This document shows positions 27,071 through 36,094 of a DNA stretch of 64,000 nucleotides, piece by piece. The notes beneath the pieces are model-generated. The model was not told where the DNA came from, ran no database searches, and saw nothing but the letters and a program-made list of their open reading frames with translations. Position 1 is the stretch's first letter, and every line of letters starts with the position of its first letter. The stretch lies in the IMG/VR virus record IMGVR_UViG_3300031772_000007, positions 1 to 64,000 of that record. One strand, 5' to 3'. Made by a program: the position numbers and the translations under genes. The DNA comes from a virus.

Positions 27071-27385
27071 CTACCGTCCCTTCTTCAGCCCGGTGAACGG
27101 GCGCTTGACGTTCTCCACCTCGTGCCCCTTGGGGTCCACCTGCATCGTGCCCTCGGCGTCGCGGATGTCCGGGGCGCGCGGGTCGGGCTGCGGAGTCGGT
27201 CCCCAAGGCGAGCTGTTACCCGTTGCCATCCTCGTCGGCGGCTCGATGTGGAAGTCAGCCTCCGAATCCGCGAACGGATGCCGAACCGGCGGAGGCGTCC
27301 AGGGTGTGGACACCACGCCGAAGGGCTCGGGGGATGCGTTCTTCTCGACCTCGACAGGCTCCGGGTCGTAGAGCTTGATGGGCAT
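27071..27385 (-). CDS. Pro-rich small protein (PF tail family)
   Basis: 104 aa ending KRPFTGLKKGR; TTGCGC-18-TAGTAT promoter-like sequence immediately upstream. Confidence 0.6.
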   Translation of the reverse strand: MPIKLYDPEPVEVEKNASPEPFGVVSTPWTPPPVRHPFADSEADFHIEPPTRMATGNSSPWGPTPQPDPRAPDIRDAEGTMQVDPKGHEVENVKRPFTGLKKGR

Positions 27386-27430
27386 GGGACGATACTACGT
27401 GTAGTGCCGTGTTGGGCGCAAGTGCCCGCT

Positions 27431-27697
27431 TCAGCGCTTCCGCTGGAAGTAGGTGACGTGCAGGATGCTCCCGCCTACCAGTCCCGCCGTGACGAGCAAG
27501 GCGAGCTTGACTCCCAGGAGCCCCAGGGGGTGACCAGCCATCCGGTCAGCGACACCGAGCGCCGCACACCCGAACGCCATGAGAGCGAGCGAGAAGCTGA
27601 CCAGGACTCTGGTGACGCGAAGAAAGCGGTCGAGGAAGTACGCGCCGATTGCCCCCCAAAAAATGAGCAGCGCGAGGTCAAGTAGGCTCTCCATCAT
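27431..27697 (-). CDS. three-TM membrane protein (possible class I holin-like)
   Basis: 88 aa, three hydrophobic segments, basic C-terminus. Confidence 0.45.
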   Translation of the reverse strand: MMESLLDLALLIFWGAIGAYFLDRFLRVTRVLVSFSLALMAFGCAALGVADRMAGHPLGLLGVKLALLVTAGLVGGSILHVTYFQRKR

Positions 27698-27887
27698 CGT
27701 CGGGGTCCTTCCCTTCCATCTCCAACTCCAGCGCAACGCGCTCGCGCCTGATGCCCTCGACCCCCCGACGCAACCTCTCGTGCAGCTCCTTCATCTTCTC
27801 CCGGTGCTCTTGCGTCCCTACCGGCTGGACTGCTTTCTTGCTCCCACGACCGATGTGCCCAAAAAGGAAGTGTGCCGTCATCGCCAC
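27678..27887 (-). CDS. hypothetical protein
   Basis: 69 aa charged coiled coil. Confidence 0.5.
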   Translation of the reverse strand: MAMTAHFLFGHIGRGSKKAVQPVGTQEHREKMKELHERLRRGVEGIRRERVALELEMEGKDPDDDGEPT

Positions 27888-27890
27888 TCG

Positions 27891-28199
27891 CTACCCCCTT
27901 GCCCTACTCGGTGGGCTCGTTCGGTTGCGGTAGTCCGCCATACGCGCCGTCAGCTTGATCATCTCGTCGCTCGCGTCGGTCATCGTCTGCGCCAGCGGGA
28001 GGACTTCCTTCAGGTCGTCCACGCGCGCCGTGTTCAGCTCCTTGATCTCCTTCTGCGAGGAGCGCGCGTCCAATCGCCAGATGGTGAAGATGCCCACGAG
28101 CCCCGCGATGGCGAGCGCCGCGATTGCGGTGACGGGCTCGGTGTCGAGGAACTTCTTCACCCAGGTGGGCGAGAGCTGTGCAAGGAAGAGGAGGTCCAC
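27891..28199 (-). CDS. single-TM membrane protein with coiled coil
   Basis: 102 aa; TM segment AIAALAIAGLVGIFTIW. Confidence 0.55.
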   Translation of the reverse strand: MDLLFLAQLSPTWVKKFLDTEPVTAIAALAIAGLVGIFTIWRLDARSSQKEIKELNTARVDDLKEVLPLAQTMTDASDEMIKLTARMADYRNRTSPPSRARG

Positions 28200-28208
28200 C
28201 TCTCCATG

Positions 28209-28409
28209 TTACCCGGAGAGCAGGTCGCTGTGAAGCCGGTAGAACTGAACACGAAGGTCCACCGGGCTCGCCAACTCCCTCGACGCTGTCGGCTCGGAGG
28301 GGATGCTCTCATCGTGCAACGTCACCCGTTCCTGCGGCGCAGCCTTGACAACGAGTTGCTGCGCGACCGGGTTCAGATTGTGAGTGGTGCCAACGGGTGC
28401 GACGCGCAT
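28209..28409 (-). CDS. hypothetical protein
   Basis: 66 aa; TGATG coupling to the upstream stop. Confidence 0.45.
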   Translation of the reverse strand: MRVAPVGTTHNLNPVAQQLVVKAAPQERVTLHDESIPSEPTASRELASPVDLRVQFYRLHSDLLSG

Positions 28410-28777
28410 CACTTCACGTAGACCTTCTCCCCCGTGCGAGAGCTGACGTAGTACCGCCCTCCCTTGGGACCTGTGAGAATGTCCGCGTCGCCGGGTGGAT
28501 CCTTGCGTGGCTCGACGCCCAACCGCTGCGCCATCAGAACTTCCGCGTTCGAGGGCTTGCGCGACTTCGTCGGCGGAGTGCCCTCGGGAGCTGGGTGGAA
28601 CACCTGCACGCCCCACGTCGAGGACTTCCCCGCGTAGAGCCCGCCACCTGTATGCGCCACGCGGTACTCCCGACCCGTCTCAGCAGTCAACGCTCGCCGC
28701 TCCTCATGCGCCGAGGAGTGATCGGAGTGCTCCTTTTCGGATGCCGGATACCACCCCCGCTTGCGTTGCTCCGCCAC
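28409..28777 (-). CDS. protein with C-terminal GPKGG basic adaptor-like module
   Basis: ends TGPKGGRYYVSSRTGEKVYVK. Confidence 0.6.
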   Translation of the reverse strand: MAEQRKRGWYPASEKEHSDHSSAHEERRALTAETGREYRVAHTGGGLYAGKSSTWGVQVFHPAPEGTPPTKSRKPSNAEVLMAQRLGVEPRKDPPGDADILTGPKGGRYYVSSRTGEKVYVK

Positions 28778-28789
28778 AGCCCGCGCTCC

Positions 28790-29032
28790 TTACTTGGACA
28801 GGTAGACCTTCTCGCCCGTCTTGGGGTTGACGTAGAAGCGCCCGCCCTTCGGTCCTACCTGCGCTTCGGGAACGCCCTCCGCCCGGTTGCGCGCCTGAAT
28901 CGCGGCCAACTTCGTCTGCGTCGCCGCCAGTCGCGCCTGCGCGGAGATGTGCCGATCCGCCGCTTGCGACAGCGCCTTCACCGCCTTGTCGGAGGGAGAG
29001 TGCCCTGGGAAGGGAATGACGGTTCCAGCCAT
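28790..29032 (-). CDS. protein with C-terminal GPKGG basic adaptor-like module
   Basis: ends VGPKGGRFYVNPKTGEKVYLSK. Confidence 0.6.
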   Translation of the reverse strand: MAGTVIPFPGHSPSDKAVKALSQAADRHISAQARLAATQTKLAAIQARNRAEGVPEAQVGPKGGRFYVNPKTGEKVYLSK

Positions 29033-29041
29033 CGAAGGCTC

Positions 29042-30025
29042 CTACTTCTCCGCCTTGCCCCCGCCCTTCCCGACTGTACCGCCAAGCGCCTTGTAGACGT
29101 GCGCGACGACGTGGTACGGCTTCGCGTGGCTCTCCCAATTGGGCTTCACCGCCGCCTCCGCCGCCGCCCACACGTCCGTGTCGGTGGCCCATGACGGAGG
29201 CTTGCCATCGGTGGCAGGGTCGTAGCTCTCCATCATCTTCTCCACCTCGGGATCCGGCTCCTCCTTCGCCTGCTGTGCCGCGCGCCCGACGATGTGACCT
29301 GTGAGGTTGCCGTCGTGCTGCGGAGCCGCGCCTTCCTCGGGCTTCGCGCCAGGAGCAGCGGGCGGCTTCTGCGCGCCCTGCTTCGCAGCCAGCAGCTTGC
29401 CCGCCGCTGCGCGGACGTGCTCGGGCTTGACACCGGAGGTGTCCTCGCCGGGAGCCGCCGGGGGCTTGGGCGGCTGCGCGCCCGGTTCGCCTTCTGCCGG
29501 AGGTGCCGCCGCGCCGGTCATCGCCCCGCCGAGCTTCTTGTAGAGGTACGCCGCGACGGCCACAGGCTCGTCGAAGGCATCAGCCTTCGGAGTCCCCAGG
29601 CCAACCGCTTCGGCGGCTTCCGCCCACTTGTCCTTGTCGGACGCGAACGCGGGAGGAGCATCAGCGGTCGCACCGGGGTCGTGCCCCACCAGCGCGTCCT
29701 CGACCTCGGAGTCCTGCGCGGCCTGAGCTTCCTTCGCGGCCTCGTCCACGAGGTCTTGGATGTGGACTTCCTGCCCGTCGTCTTCGGGCTTCGCGCCTAC
29801 CAGCGCCTTCAGTTTCGAGGCGAGGGGATTGACCTTCGCGGGAGCGGCGCCCGGTGCGCCTGGAGCTGCCGCCGGGGGGATGTGCGTCGCCGCTCCCGGA
29901 GGAGCCCCACCCGCGAGCTGCGGAGCCGCCGGAGGGAAGCCCGGCTTCTTCAGCTTGGCGAGGGGAAGGTTCACCGGAGACTGCTTCTTCACCATCACGC
30001 CGAGCTTCCGCTTGTCGAGGTTCAT
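29042..30025 (-). CDS. Pro/Ala-rich head-region protein with two internal helical repeats
   Basis: 327 aa; two copies of P..A.D.D.WA.A..AV...P..V.A..YK.LGG. Confidence 0.7.
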   Translation of the reverse strand: MNLDKRKLGVMVKKQSPVNLPLAKLKKPGFPPAAPQLAGGAPPGAATHIPPAAAPGAPGAAPAKVNPLASKLKALVGAKPEDDGQEVHIQDLVDEAAKEAQAAQDSEVEDALVGHDPGATADAPPAFASDKDKWAEAAEAVGLGTPKADAFDEPVAVAAYLYKKLGGAMTGAAAPPAEGEPGAQPPKPPAAPGEDTSGVKPEHVRAAAGKLLAAKQGAQKPPAAPGAKPEEGAAPQHDGNLTGHIVGRAAQQAKEEPDPEVEKMMESYDPATDGKPPSWATDTDVWAAAEAAVKPNWESHAKPYHVVAHVYKALGGTVGKGGGKAEK

Positions 30026-30052
30026 GGGTTCTCCAGAAGGGAATGGGGGATT

Positions 30053-30502
30053 CTATACCACAGGAGGGGTTGGTAGGGGACCGCGAGCTTCGTAGAGGCG
30101 CTTGGCCTTCGCCAGCGCCTCCACCTTCGGACGCTGATCCGGCGCGAGTCGCACCGTCTGCGAGTCGAGAGCCACGTCAGGGTTGAACGCCTTGAAGTCG
30201 TCCCCGTGTCCGATGCGAATGTGGCACTCGAACGCGCCCATGCAGAGCCCGATGAGGTTGCTCGGGTCCAGCTCTAGCGCCGGGAACAGGTGGAAGGGCT
30301 TGCGGTGGTGAACCTGGAGCCGTGTCGATCCGCCGCATGCCGCGCAGGAGGGGTGCTCCTTGACGTAGGCGTGCTGCACCTCGTCCCAATGCGGACTGCG
30401 CGCCGTGCGCTTCCGGCGCTCGCGGAGCAAGCTCTTGGCGACGCGGTAGGCGTGGCGTATCTTGTGGAACACCGACGGCTTCTTCTCTTCGGTCACTGCC
30501 AT
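30053..30502 (-). CDS. HNH endonuclease
   Basis: GGAGG RBS; CAACG....LQVHH..PF......NLI.LC....CH...GH. Confidence 0.85.
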   Translation of the reverse strand: MAVTEEKKPSVFHKIRHAYRVAKSLLRERRKRTARSPHWDEVQHAYVKEHPSCAACGGSTRLQVHHRKPFHLFPALELDPSNLIGLCMGAFECHIRIGHGDDFKAFNPDVALDSQTVRLAPDQRPKVEALAKAKRLYEARGPLPTPPVV

Positions 30503-31485
30503 ATCCTCCTCCCAGCTTCGTAGCGCCATCCCGGCACGCCCCACGACTTCATCCACGGCGAGAGCGTGCTCCGGTCGTTCGGTCGGTTCGGCGGGAAGTC
30601 CCAGCTCCGCCCGACCAGCTTGTGGTACACCGCCGTCTTGCCATCCTCCCCAGGGAACGGTGCGTGCGCGGGCATCGTGAAGTAGCCGCCCGCCGGAGCA
30701 ACCTGAAGGTGCATGGCGATGGAGTCGGTGCCCACCCGGTCGTCCAAGGGCATCCCATTCGGCAGGCAGTGCTCCACCCACTGCATCATCATCTCCGGCA
30801 CCTCGTCCGCGATCTCCAGAATCCCGTTCCGGTGCGCGAGGTTGTACGCAAAATTCATCTCCGTGCGGACGATGCGCTCGCCCTGCCACCACTCCCCGCT
30901 GATGGTGTCGGCCACGTCGTCGATGACCTCGCCCGTCGGCGTTCCCGCGAGCAGCGATACCGAGAGCTTCTGCTCCACGTCCCCGACGACGCGCGCCCCG
31001 TACCGCAACCACACCTTCCTCCGCGGCTGCGCCGTGGCGTCCTCGACGTTCGCGTACTCGCGCAGCAGGCTTCGCTTCCCCTTCTCGACAACACCCTGGA
31101 AGGTCGCCGCTTCCTCGATGGGCAGTGGTATCTCCGCCCCGGTGAAGTGGGTGTGCAGCCGCTGCACTTGATTGATGAGTCCCTTCAGCGCAGCCTCCTG
31201 CGCCTTGTGCGAGAGCGGTCCCATCTGTCCCGCCAGCGCCTGCGCCGCCGCCATCTGCCCGTGCCGCACCTGCGCCAGCACGATGCGCTGTTGATGCGCC
31301 GTGAAGGTGTCACCCTTCTGCGCCTTCAGCAGATGACTCAGCCGCCGGTTCACCTCGGCGTTCGCTTGGTCGTAGATGCGCTTGAGCCGCGCCGCGGAGG
31401 GTTTCGTCAGCACCTTCTCCAGCCGGTTGCGGTGCTCCGCGACCGCCTTCAGGAACTCCACCGGCACCTTGGGATGGCTCGCCAC
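30493..31485 (-). CDS. head morphogenesis protein (Mu gpF / SPP1 gp7-like)
   Basis: ERIVRTEMNFAYN...PPNRPNDRS motif. Confidence 0.88.
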   Translation of the reverse strand: MASHPKVPVEFLKAVAEHRNRLEKVLTKPSAARLKRIYDQANAEVNRRLSHLLKAQKGDTFTAHQQRIVLAQVRHGQMAAAQALAGQMGPLSHKAQEAALKGLINQVQRLHTHFTGAEIPLPIEEAATFQGVVEKGKRSLLREYANVEDATAQPRRKVWLRYGARVVGDVEQKLSVSLLAGTPTGEVIDDVADTISGEWWQGERIVRTEMNFAYNLAHRNGILEIADEVPEMMMQWVEHCLPNGMPLDDRVGTDSIAMHLQVAPAGGYFTMPAHAPFPGEDGKTAVYHKLVGRSWDFPPNRPNDRSTLSPWMKSWGVPGWRYEAGRRIWQ

Positions 31486-31489
31486 GGGC

Positions 31490-31651
31490 TCACTTTGGAG
31501 GGGGTGGGACCTGCTTGCCCGCTGCCCGCGCCTTGGAGAGCTTGATGGCTGTCTCCTGCGCCTCCGCCTTCACGTTGGACTCATGGACGCCGAGCCGCTT
31601 GCTGCCGTCGGCGCTGTAGAGGACGAACTTGCCCTTCTGCTTGCGGATCAC
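31490..31651 (-). CDS. small basic head-region protein
   Basis: MIRKQKGKFVLYSADGSKRLGVH...AQETAI; GTGA coupling. Confidence 0.6.
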   Translation of the reverse strand: MIRKQKGKFVLYSADGSKRLGVHESNVKAEAQETAIKLSKARAAGKQVPPPPK

Positions 31652-31866
31652 GTCGGCTTCTCCTTCCCGCTTGCCCCATTCGGAGGGGGTCCAAAGGTCG
31701 CACCATACTCCTTCATCGCAACCGTGAGGAAGTCCCTCGCGTCCGTCAACGCCTTCCTCGCCGATTTCGGCGTCTCGCCCGCCTCCACCCAACAGTTGAG
31801 CAAAGCGGAAGGAATCTCCGCCTCCCCGTGGTGCAGGTAGAGGTTCAACGTCAGCCTGATCCGCAC
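31648..31866 (-). CDS. hypothetical protein
   Basis: 72 aa ORF filling the gap between neighbours. Confidence 0.45.
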   Translation of the reverse strand: MRIRLTLNLYLHHGEAEIPSALLNCWVEAGETPKSARKALTDARDFLTVAMKEYGATFGPPPNGASGKEKPT

Positions 31867-31869
31867 TGG

Positions 31870-32304
31870 TCAGTTCACCGTGCCGGGAACCGCTGCCTGA
31901 ATGGTGTCCTTGATGTTGCGCTCGATCTCCACAAAGCACCTGTCGCTGTGCGGGCTTCGCGCCACAGTGACCTCTGCTTCCTTCTTGCAGAGCTTGCAGA
32001 AGCAGTTGTCCGAGATGCAGACCATCTCTCGCACGCTCCCGCCGAACTTCATCTTGGCGCTCGGAACGTAGGGTCCGTTCGGGTTCGTGCCCTTGATGAG
32101 CGCGATGATGTCCGGGCACTCCTGCTCCAGCTCATCGAGCCGCCGCCACACCTTGATGCGAATCTCCGGCGGTCCCTTGCAGATGGTGCAGCGCTTCCCG
32201 AGCGCGAGAGCCGCGTGGACCTCACTCGGCTTGAACTCGCCGTTCATGAACTTCTTGAGGTGGATGACCTCTCCCCCCTGCTTCAACCTGCCACGCTTCG
32301 ACAT
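31870..32304 (-). CDS. zinc-binding hypothetical protein
   Basis: CTIC and CKLC pairs; GGAGGAGG RBS. Confidence 0.6.
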   Translation of the reverse strand: MSKRGRLKQGGEVIHLKKFMNGEFKPSEVHAALALGKRCTICKGPPEIRIKVWRRLDELEQECPDIIALIKGTNPNGPYVPSAKMKFGGSVREMVCISDNCFCKLCKKEAEVTVARSPHSDRCFVEIERNIKDTIQAAVPGTVN

Positions 32305-32357
32305 CGTTCCCCTCCTCCGGTTGCCCGCAGCCTAACCACTCTGCGCTCCAACTCTAG

Positions 32358-34061
32358 CTACCCCACTCCACCGAAGCCTGCGTCCGCCGTGTTGTGGACG
32401 TAGCCCCCCAGCGCCATCGACTCCAATTCCGCCTGCTTCTTCGTCGTCTCCTGCTGAACCTTGAGGAGCATCGCCTGCACGTCCTCGACCTTGAAATAGG
32501 GTGCAACGAACTTCGCCCCACTCTCTTGGTCGATGAGCCCACCCGCGGTAGCACCTGCGGCAGCCTGGGCAGCCTGGAGGGAATCCTGAAGGGTCGGCTC
32601 GAAGTACGGGGGCCACTTCAACCGAATGGTCCCGCCCGTACCCGGCTTCCTATCGACATGCTGGTAGGTGCCGTCCGGGTTCTTGACGTGCCGTGGAGGC
32701 AGAGTCAGCGTGCCGCGCAACATCCCCGGCTGTCCAGGCTCCGTCGCCTGCGGGTTCGGCTGCGCCTGCGTCATCTTCTGAACCACGTCGAACATCATCC
32801 CGAGGAGCTTCTTGACCCCGTTCTCCCCGTACTGCTCGCGGAGCATGTCGCTCTTCGACATCATCGAGCTGTAGGCACGCAGAATCTCCGTCGCCGTCTT
32901 CAGCGCGTCGCCCGTGTGCTCCAGAACGCACTGTGCGCTCTCCAGCGCGTAGCGGCGCATCACCTCGATGAACTCCACCGCCGACTTCGGCGCGGACGCG
33001 CTCATTTCGAGGAAGGACGCGCTCCCCGTTTCGGTGAGCTTGATGCACTCCTCGTTGCCCTTGTGGACCTCGGAGAGATCGCTCTTGTCGGAAATGACCA
33101 ACGTAGCCGAGCAATTGTGCAGCAGGGTCTTGTTCGCCTGCGCCAGCAGCGCGTCGATGGCCTTCACCGTGTCGTAGATGCCGTCGCAGTCCGAGCGCCC
33201 GTCGATGTCGTCCTGCACCGGGAGATTCTGAATCCACACCACCGGGCAGAAGCCGAAGCCGTGGACGACTTCCTTCCTCTCCACCTCGTCCCAGTTGGGC
33301 TCCTCGCCCTTCCCGACAGGGCACGGTGCGAACAGGACATCCTTCTCCTGATCGATGATGCGCCTGTACCAGTACGACTCCTCCTTGATGACGCCCGTGA
33401 TCTGGTCCATCACCTCCATCGGGTACTGGTACCGCTTCTCGATGGACTCCAGGATGAGAGCGTGCCGGTCGATGAACTTCGGCGTCGTCCACAGCGGATC
33501 GTGAACCTCGATGACCGGCTTGCCGCCGAGGAACTGGAACCCAATGCAGGCGCTCCCGGTCGCCCCGCCGTACTGCCGCGCCAGAATCATCGCAGGCCAG
33601 AGCCGCGCCACGTCCGCTACGCAGTTGATGAAGTCCTCGGTGTCCGGGTCGCCGTCCACCTGAATCTGCGGCGACTGGCGCTCGCTGAACAACATCCCCG
33701 TGAAGCGGTCCACGATGACTTTGACCAGCGGGTAGGGAGCCGTCGGCTTGCGGAACTTCAACGGGACGTTCTGCTTGCTGGCGTCGTAGAAGCCCGGCGG
33801 GATGATGCCGGAGGTGGCGATGTTCTCCGTCGCAATCGGATCCGCTTCCTCCTGCGCGTTCCAGTCCAGCTTCCGAGTAGCGTAGGCTTCGCAGTTGTAC
33901 CAAGCCCACAGTCGGTTAAGGCGCTGCTGACGCGGGCTTATCCCCAGGCGCTTGACCTTATTCGTCGCTTGGTCAGGTCGGTCGCCCGAGCCCAGCTTCC
34001 CGACAACGCTTCCCAGCACCCGGCTGACGATGCTCGGGTTGGACGCCATGCCGCTTCCCAT
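32358..34061 (-). CDS. portal protein
   Basis: 567 aa; K.IVDR...LF, V.HGFGFCPVV.I.N motifs; upstream of the gpF-like gene. Confidence 0.9.
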   Translation of the reverse strand: MGSGMASNPSIVSRVLGSVVGKLGSGDRPDQATNKVKRLGISPRQQRLNRLWAWYNCEAYATRKLDWNAQEEADPIATENIATSGIIPPGFYDASKQNVPLKFRKPTAPYPLVKVIVDRFTGMLFSERQSPQIQVDGDPDTEDFINCVADVARLWPAMILARQYGGATGSACIGFQFLGGKPVIEVHDPLWTTPKFIDRHALILESIEKRYQYPMEVMDQITGVIKEESYWYRRIIDQEKDVLFAPCPVGKGEEPNWDEVERKEVVHGFGFCPVVWIQNLPVQDDIDGRSDCDGIYDTVKAIDALLAQANKTLLHNCSATLVISDKSDLSEVHKGNEECIKLTETGSASFLEMSASAPKSAVEFIEVMRRYALESAQCVLEHTGDALKTATEILRAYSSMMSKSDMLREQYGENGVKKLLGMMFDVVQKMTQAQPNPQATEPGQPGMLRGTLTLPPRHVKNPDGTYQHVDRKPGTGGTIRLKWPPYFEPTLQDSLQAAQAAAGATAGGLIDQESGAKFVAPYFKVEDVQAMLLKVQQETTKKQAELESMALGGYVHNTADAGFGGVG

Positions 34062-34088
34062 CCGAAGCTCCTTGGTTGAGGCGGCAGA

Positions 34089-34670
34089 CTACACCGCTGG
34101 AGGCGGCTGCGTGAAGTCCTTGGGCTCGGGGCGGTCGAAGTTGTACCGGAGCCCGCGCTTCTTCATCTTCACGTACTTCGCCTTCAGCATATCCCGCGCC
34201 ACCGGCCCGAGACGGTCGCTGATGAGCTTCCCATCCAGGTGGTCGATCTCGTGTTGGAGCGCGAGCGCCAGCAGCCCGTCGCCCTCGACCTCGATGGGGT
34301 TGCCGTTTTCGTCCAGCGCCTTCACCTTTACCCACTTCGCGCGCCCGACGACCTTCACCGCGGTTCCGGGGAAGGACAGACAGCCCTCACCGCCGGTCTG
34401 CTCTCCCTGCCGCTCGACGATCTCCGGGTTGACGAGCTTGATGACGGTCTTCTCGCCCTCCTTGCCGATGTCCTTCTGCTCCGCCAGCAGCACCACCAGT
34501 GGAAGAGGGTAGCCGAGCTGTGGAGCCGCGAGTCCCGCTCCCTTCGCCGCGAGCATCGCCTCCTCCATGTCGGCGAGGAGCCGCTTCACGTCCTCGGTGA
34601 TCGCGATCTTCGTCGGTGGCACCGGACGCGAGAGAATCGGGTCCGGCCAGATGATGATCTGTCGCTTCAT
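34089..34670 (-). CDS. def: peptide deformylase
   Basis: all three PDF motifs: GAGLAAPQLG, EGCLS, QHEIDHLDG. Confidence 0.96.
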   Translation of the reverse strand: MKRQIIIWPDPILSRPVPPTKIAITEDVKRLLADMEEAMLAAKGAGLAAPQLGYPLPLVVLLAEQKDIGKEGEKTVIKLVNPEIVERQGEQTGGEGCLSFPGTAVKVVGRAKWVKVKALDENGNPIEVEGDGLLALALQHEIDHLDGKLISDRLGPVARDMLKAKYVKMKKRGLRYNFDRPEPKDFTQPPPAV

Positions 34671-34692
34671 GGTGCTCTCCCCCTGCCTTTGC

Positions 34693-35193
34693 CTACTGCG
34701 TGTACGGCAGACCGGCCTTGTACGCCGTCTCCGCCTTGTCGAAGCCCCTCGCGGGCCAACTACCGTGGTCGGCATCCTCGTCACCGAGAACCAGCGCGCC
34801 GATGATGTGCTCCGGCTCGTGAACGAGGTTATGCAGCGCCGGGTCCACCCAGATGGTGCGGGTCGGAGCCCACGCACAGCCGGTCATCATCGTTCCGGTC
34901 CCAGCCACCGGGTCGGAGAAGGGTGAGGTCGGCATCACGATGACCGTCAACCCACGCAGAGCGCCGTCCACCTGCGCTTGTGTGCAGGAGGGGAGCGCGT
35001 GCAGCGCGTCCACTGCCGCATCCGCTGCCCGGAGAAGTTGGAACGGATTGCCCCCGCGGTACTTCCAGCCCAGGGTGTTGCCGAGCGGAATCGGCTCCGG
35101 CAGCGCCGGTCCCGGCTTGGTCTTGACGTAGGCGTCCCAGATGGCCCAGGCGATGAGCCCCGCGATAGGAAGTGAGAGGAGGATGGCGAGCAT
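34693..35193 (-). CDS. membrane-anchored HExxH metallopeptidase-like protein
   Basis: N-terminal TM; LVHEPEH followed by DADH. Confidence 0.55.
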   Translation of the reverse strand: MLAILLSLPIAGLIAWAIWDAYVKTKPGPALPEPIPLGNTLGWKYRGGNPFQLLRAADAAVDALHALPSCTQAQVDGALRGLTVIVMPTSPFSDPVAGTGTMMTGCAWAPTRTIWVDPALHNLVHEPEHIIGALVLGDEDADHGSWPARGFDKAETAYKAGLPYTQ

Positions 35194-35594
35194 CAGACCT
35201 TCTCCCCGGCTGCGCGCCGCGCGTCCTTCTCGAAGATGTTGCCGCGATAGATGCCCTGCCCCAGCGCCCACGACACCAGCGAGGCAACGCCGTAGCAGAT
35301 GAACCGGACAGGACCGAGCCACCAGCCCTGCCGGACGTGTCGCAGCTCGTGGACGACGAGTTGGCGCACCTGGATGTAGGTGCGCTCCTTGAGGAAGATG
35401 AACCCACCGCAGGTGATGCCCGCGAACTGGAAGCGGTCGAACCACCAGTTGAGCAGCCCACCCTTGTTCGAGGAGTAGAAGGCGATGCCGTCATTCCAGC
35501 AGATGAAGCTCGGCTTGCCGAGCAGGAGAATCAACGCCCCGAACAGGCTCTCCGGCAGGGTCCACAGCAGGTAGAGCGGCCACCACCACTTCAC
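35193..35594 (-). CDS. HExxH zinc metallopeptidase-like membrane protein
   Basis: GITCG..IF...VHELRHVRQ..WLG...Y..N.FE.DA. Confidence 0.7.
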   Translation of the reverse strand: MKWWWPLYLLWTLPESLFGALILLLGKPSFICWNDGIAFYSSNKGGLLNWWFDRFQFAGITCGGFIFLKERTYIQVRQLVVHELRHVRQGWWLGPVRFICYGVASLVSWALGQGIYRGNIFEKDARRAAGEKV

Positions 35595-36067
35595 GGCGTC
35601 ACCTGGCCTTCGAGCGGGTTGCAGTCCGCGTCGGTGACCTGCGCTTCGTGAATGCGCCGCTCGTGCTCCGCCCGGCGCTGCGCGGAGTCCACTTCCTCCT
35701 TGGCCCGCTTCGCCATCTCCTCGTCGAGCTTCGCCATGATGGCGTCGGCATACTCGATGGAGAGGTCGGCCACCTGCCGCGCCTCCATGCGCTTGCCCAC
35801 CGCGCCCTCGCCAATCCAGGCGGCTGCGACGCGCGAGATGAGGTCGTGCCGGAACCGGGTGCGCGAGTCCTCGACCTTCCACTTGTCGCGCTCCCGACGC
35901 TCCGCGTCCCACTTGAGCTGCATCCGGGCTTCGACCTTCTCCGCGGCGTCCTTCATCTGCCGGGAGACGTGCTCGACGAGCTGCCCAGGCAGGGCCAGCG
36001 CGGAGCCTGCGTCCACCGGCTGCGCTCCCTGCTCCAGCACCGCCTCGGTCGCCTTCTTCTTCGACAT
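35591..36067 (-). CDS. hypothetical coiled-coil protein
   Basis: 158 aa; GGAGG RBS. Confidence 0.55.
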   Translation of the reverse strand: MSKKKATEAVLEQGAQPVDAGSALALPGQLVEHVSRQMKDAAEKVEARMQLKWDAERRERDKWKVEDSRTRFRHDLISRVAAAWIGEGAVGKRMEARQVADLSIEYADAIMAKLDEEMAKRAKEEVDSAQRRAEHERRIHEAQVTDADCNPLEGQVTP

Positions 36068-36094
36068 GCGTTCCTCCCCTGCGAAGCCGCAGTT

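Noticed and set aside
27431-28199. Definite lysis cassette
   Set aside because: The membrane proteins are holin-like in topology only; no endolysin or lipoprotein spanin is identifiable in the window.
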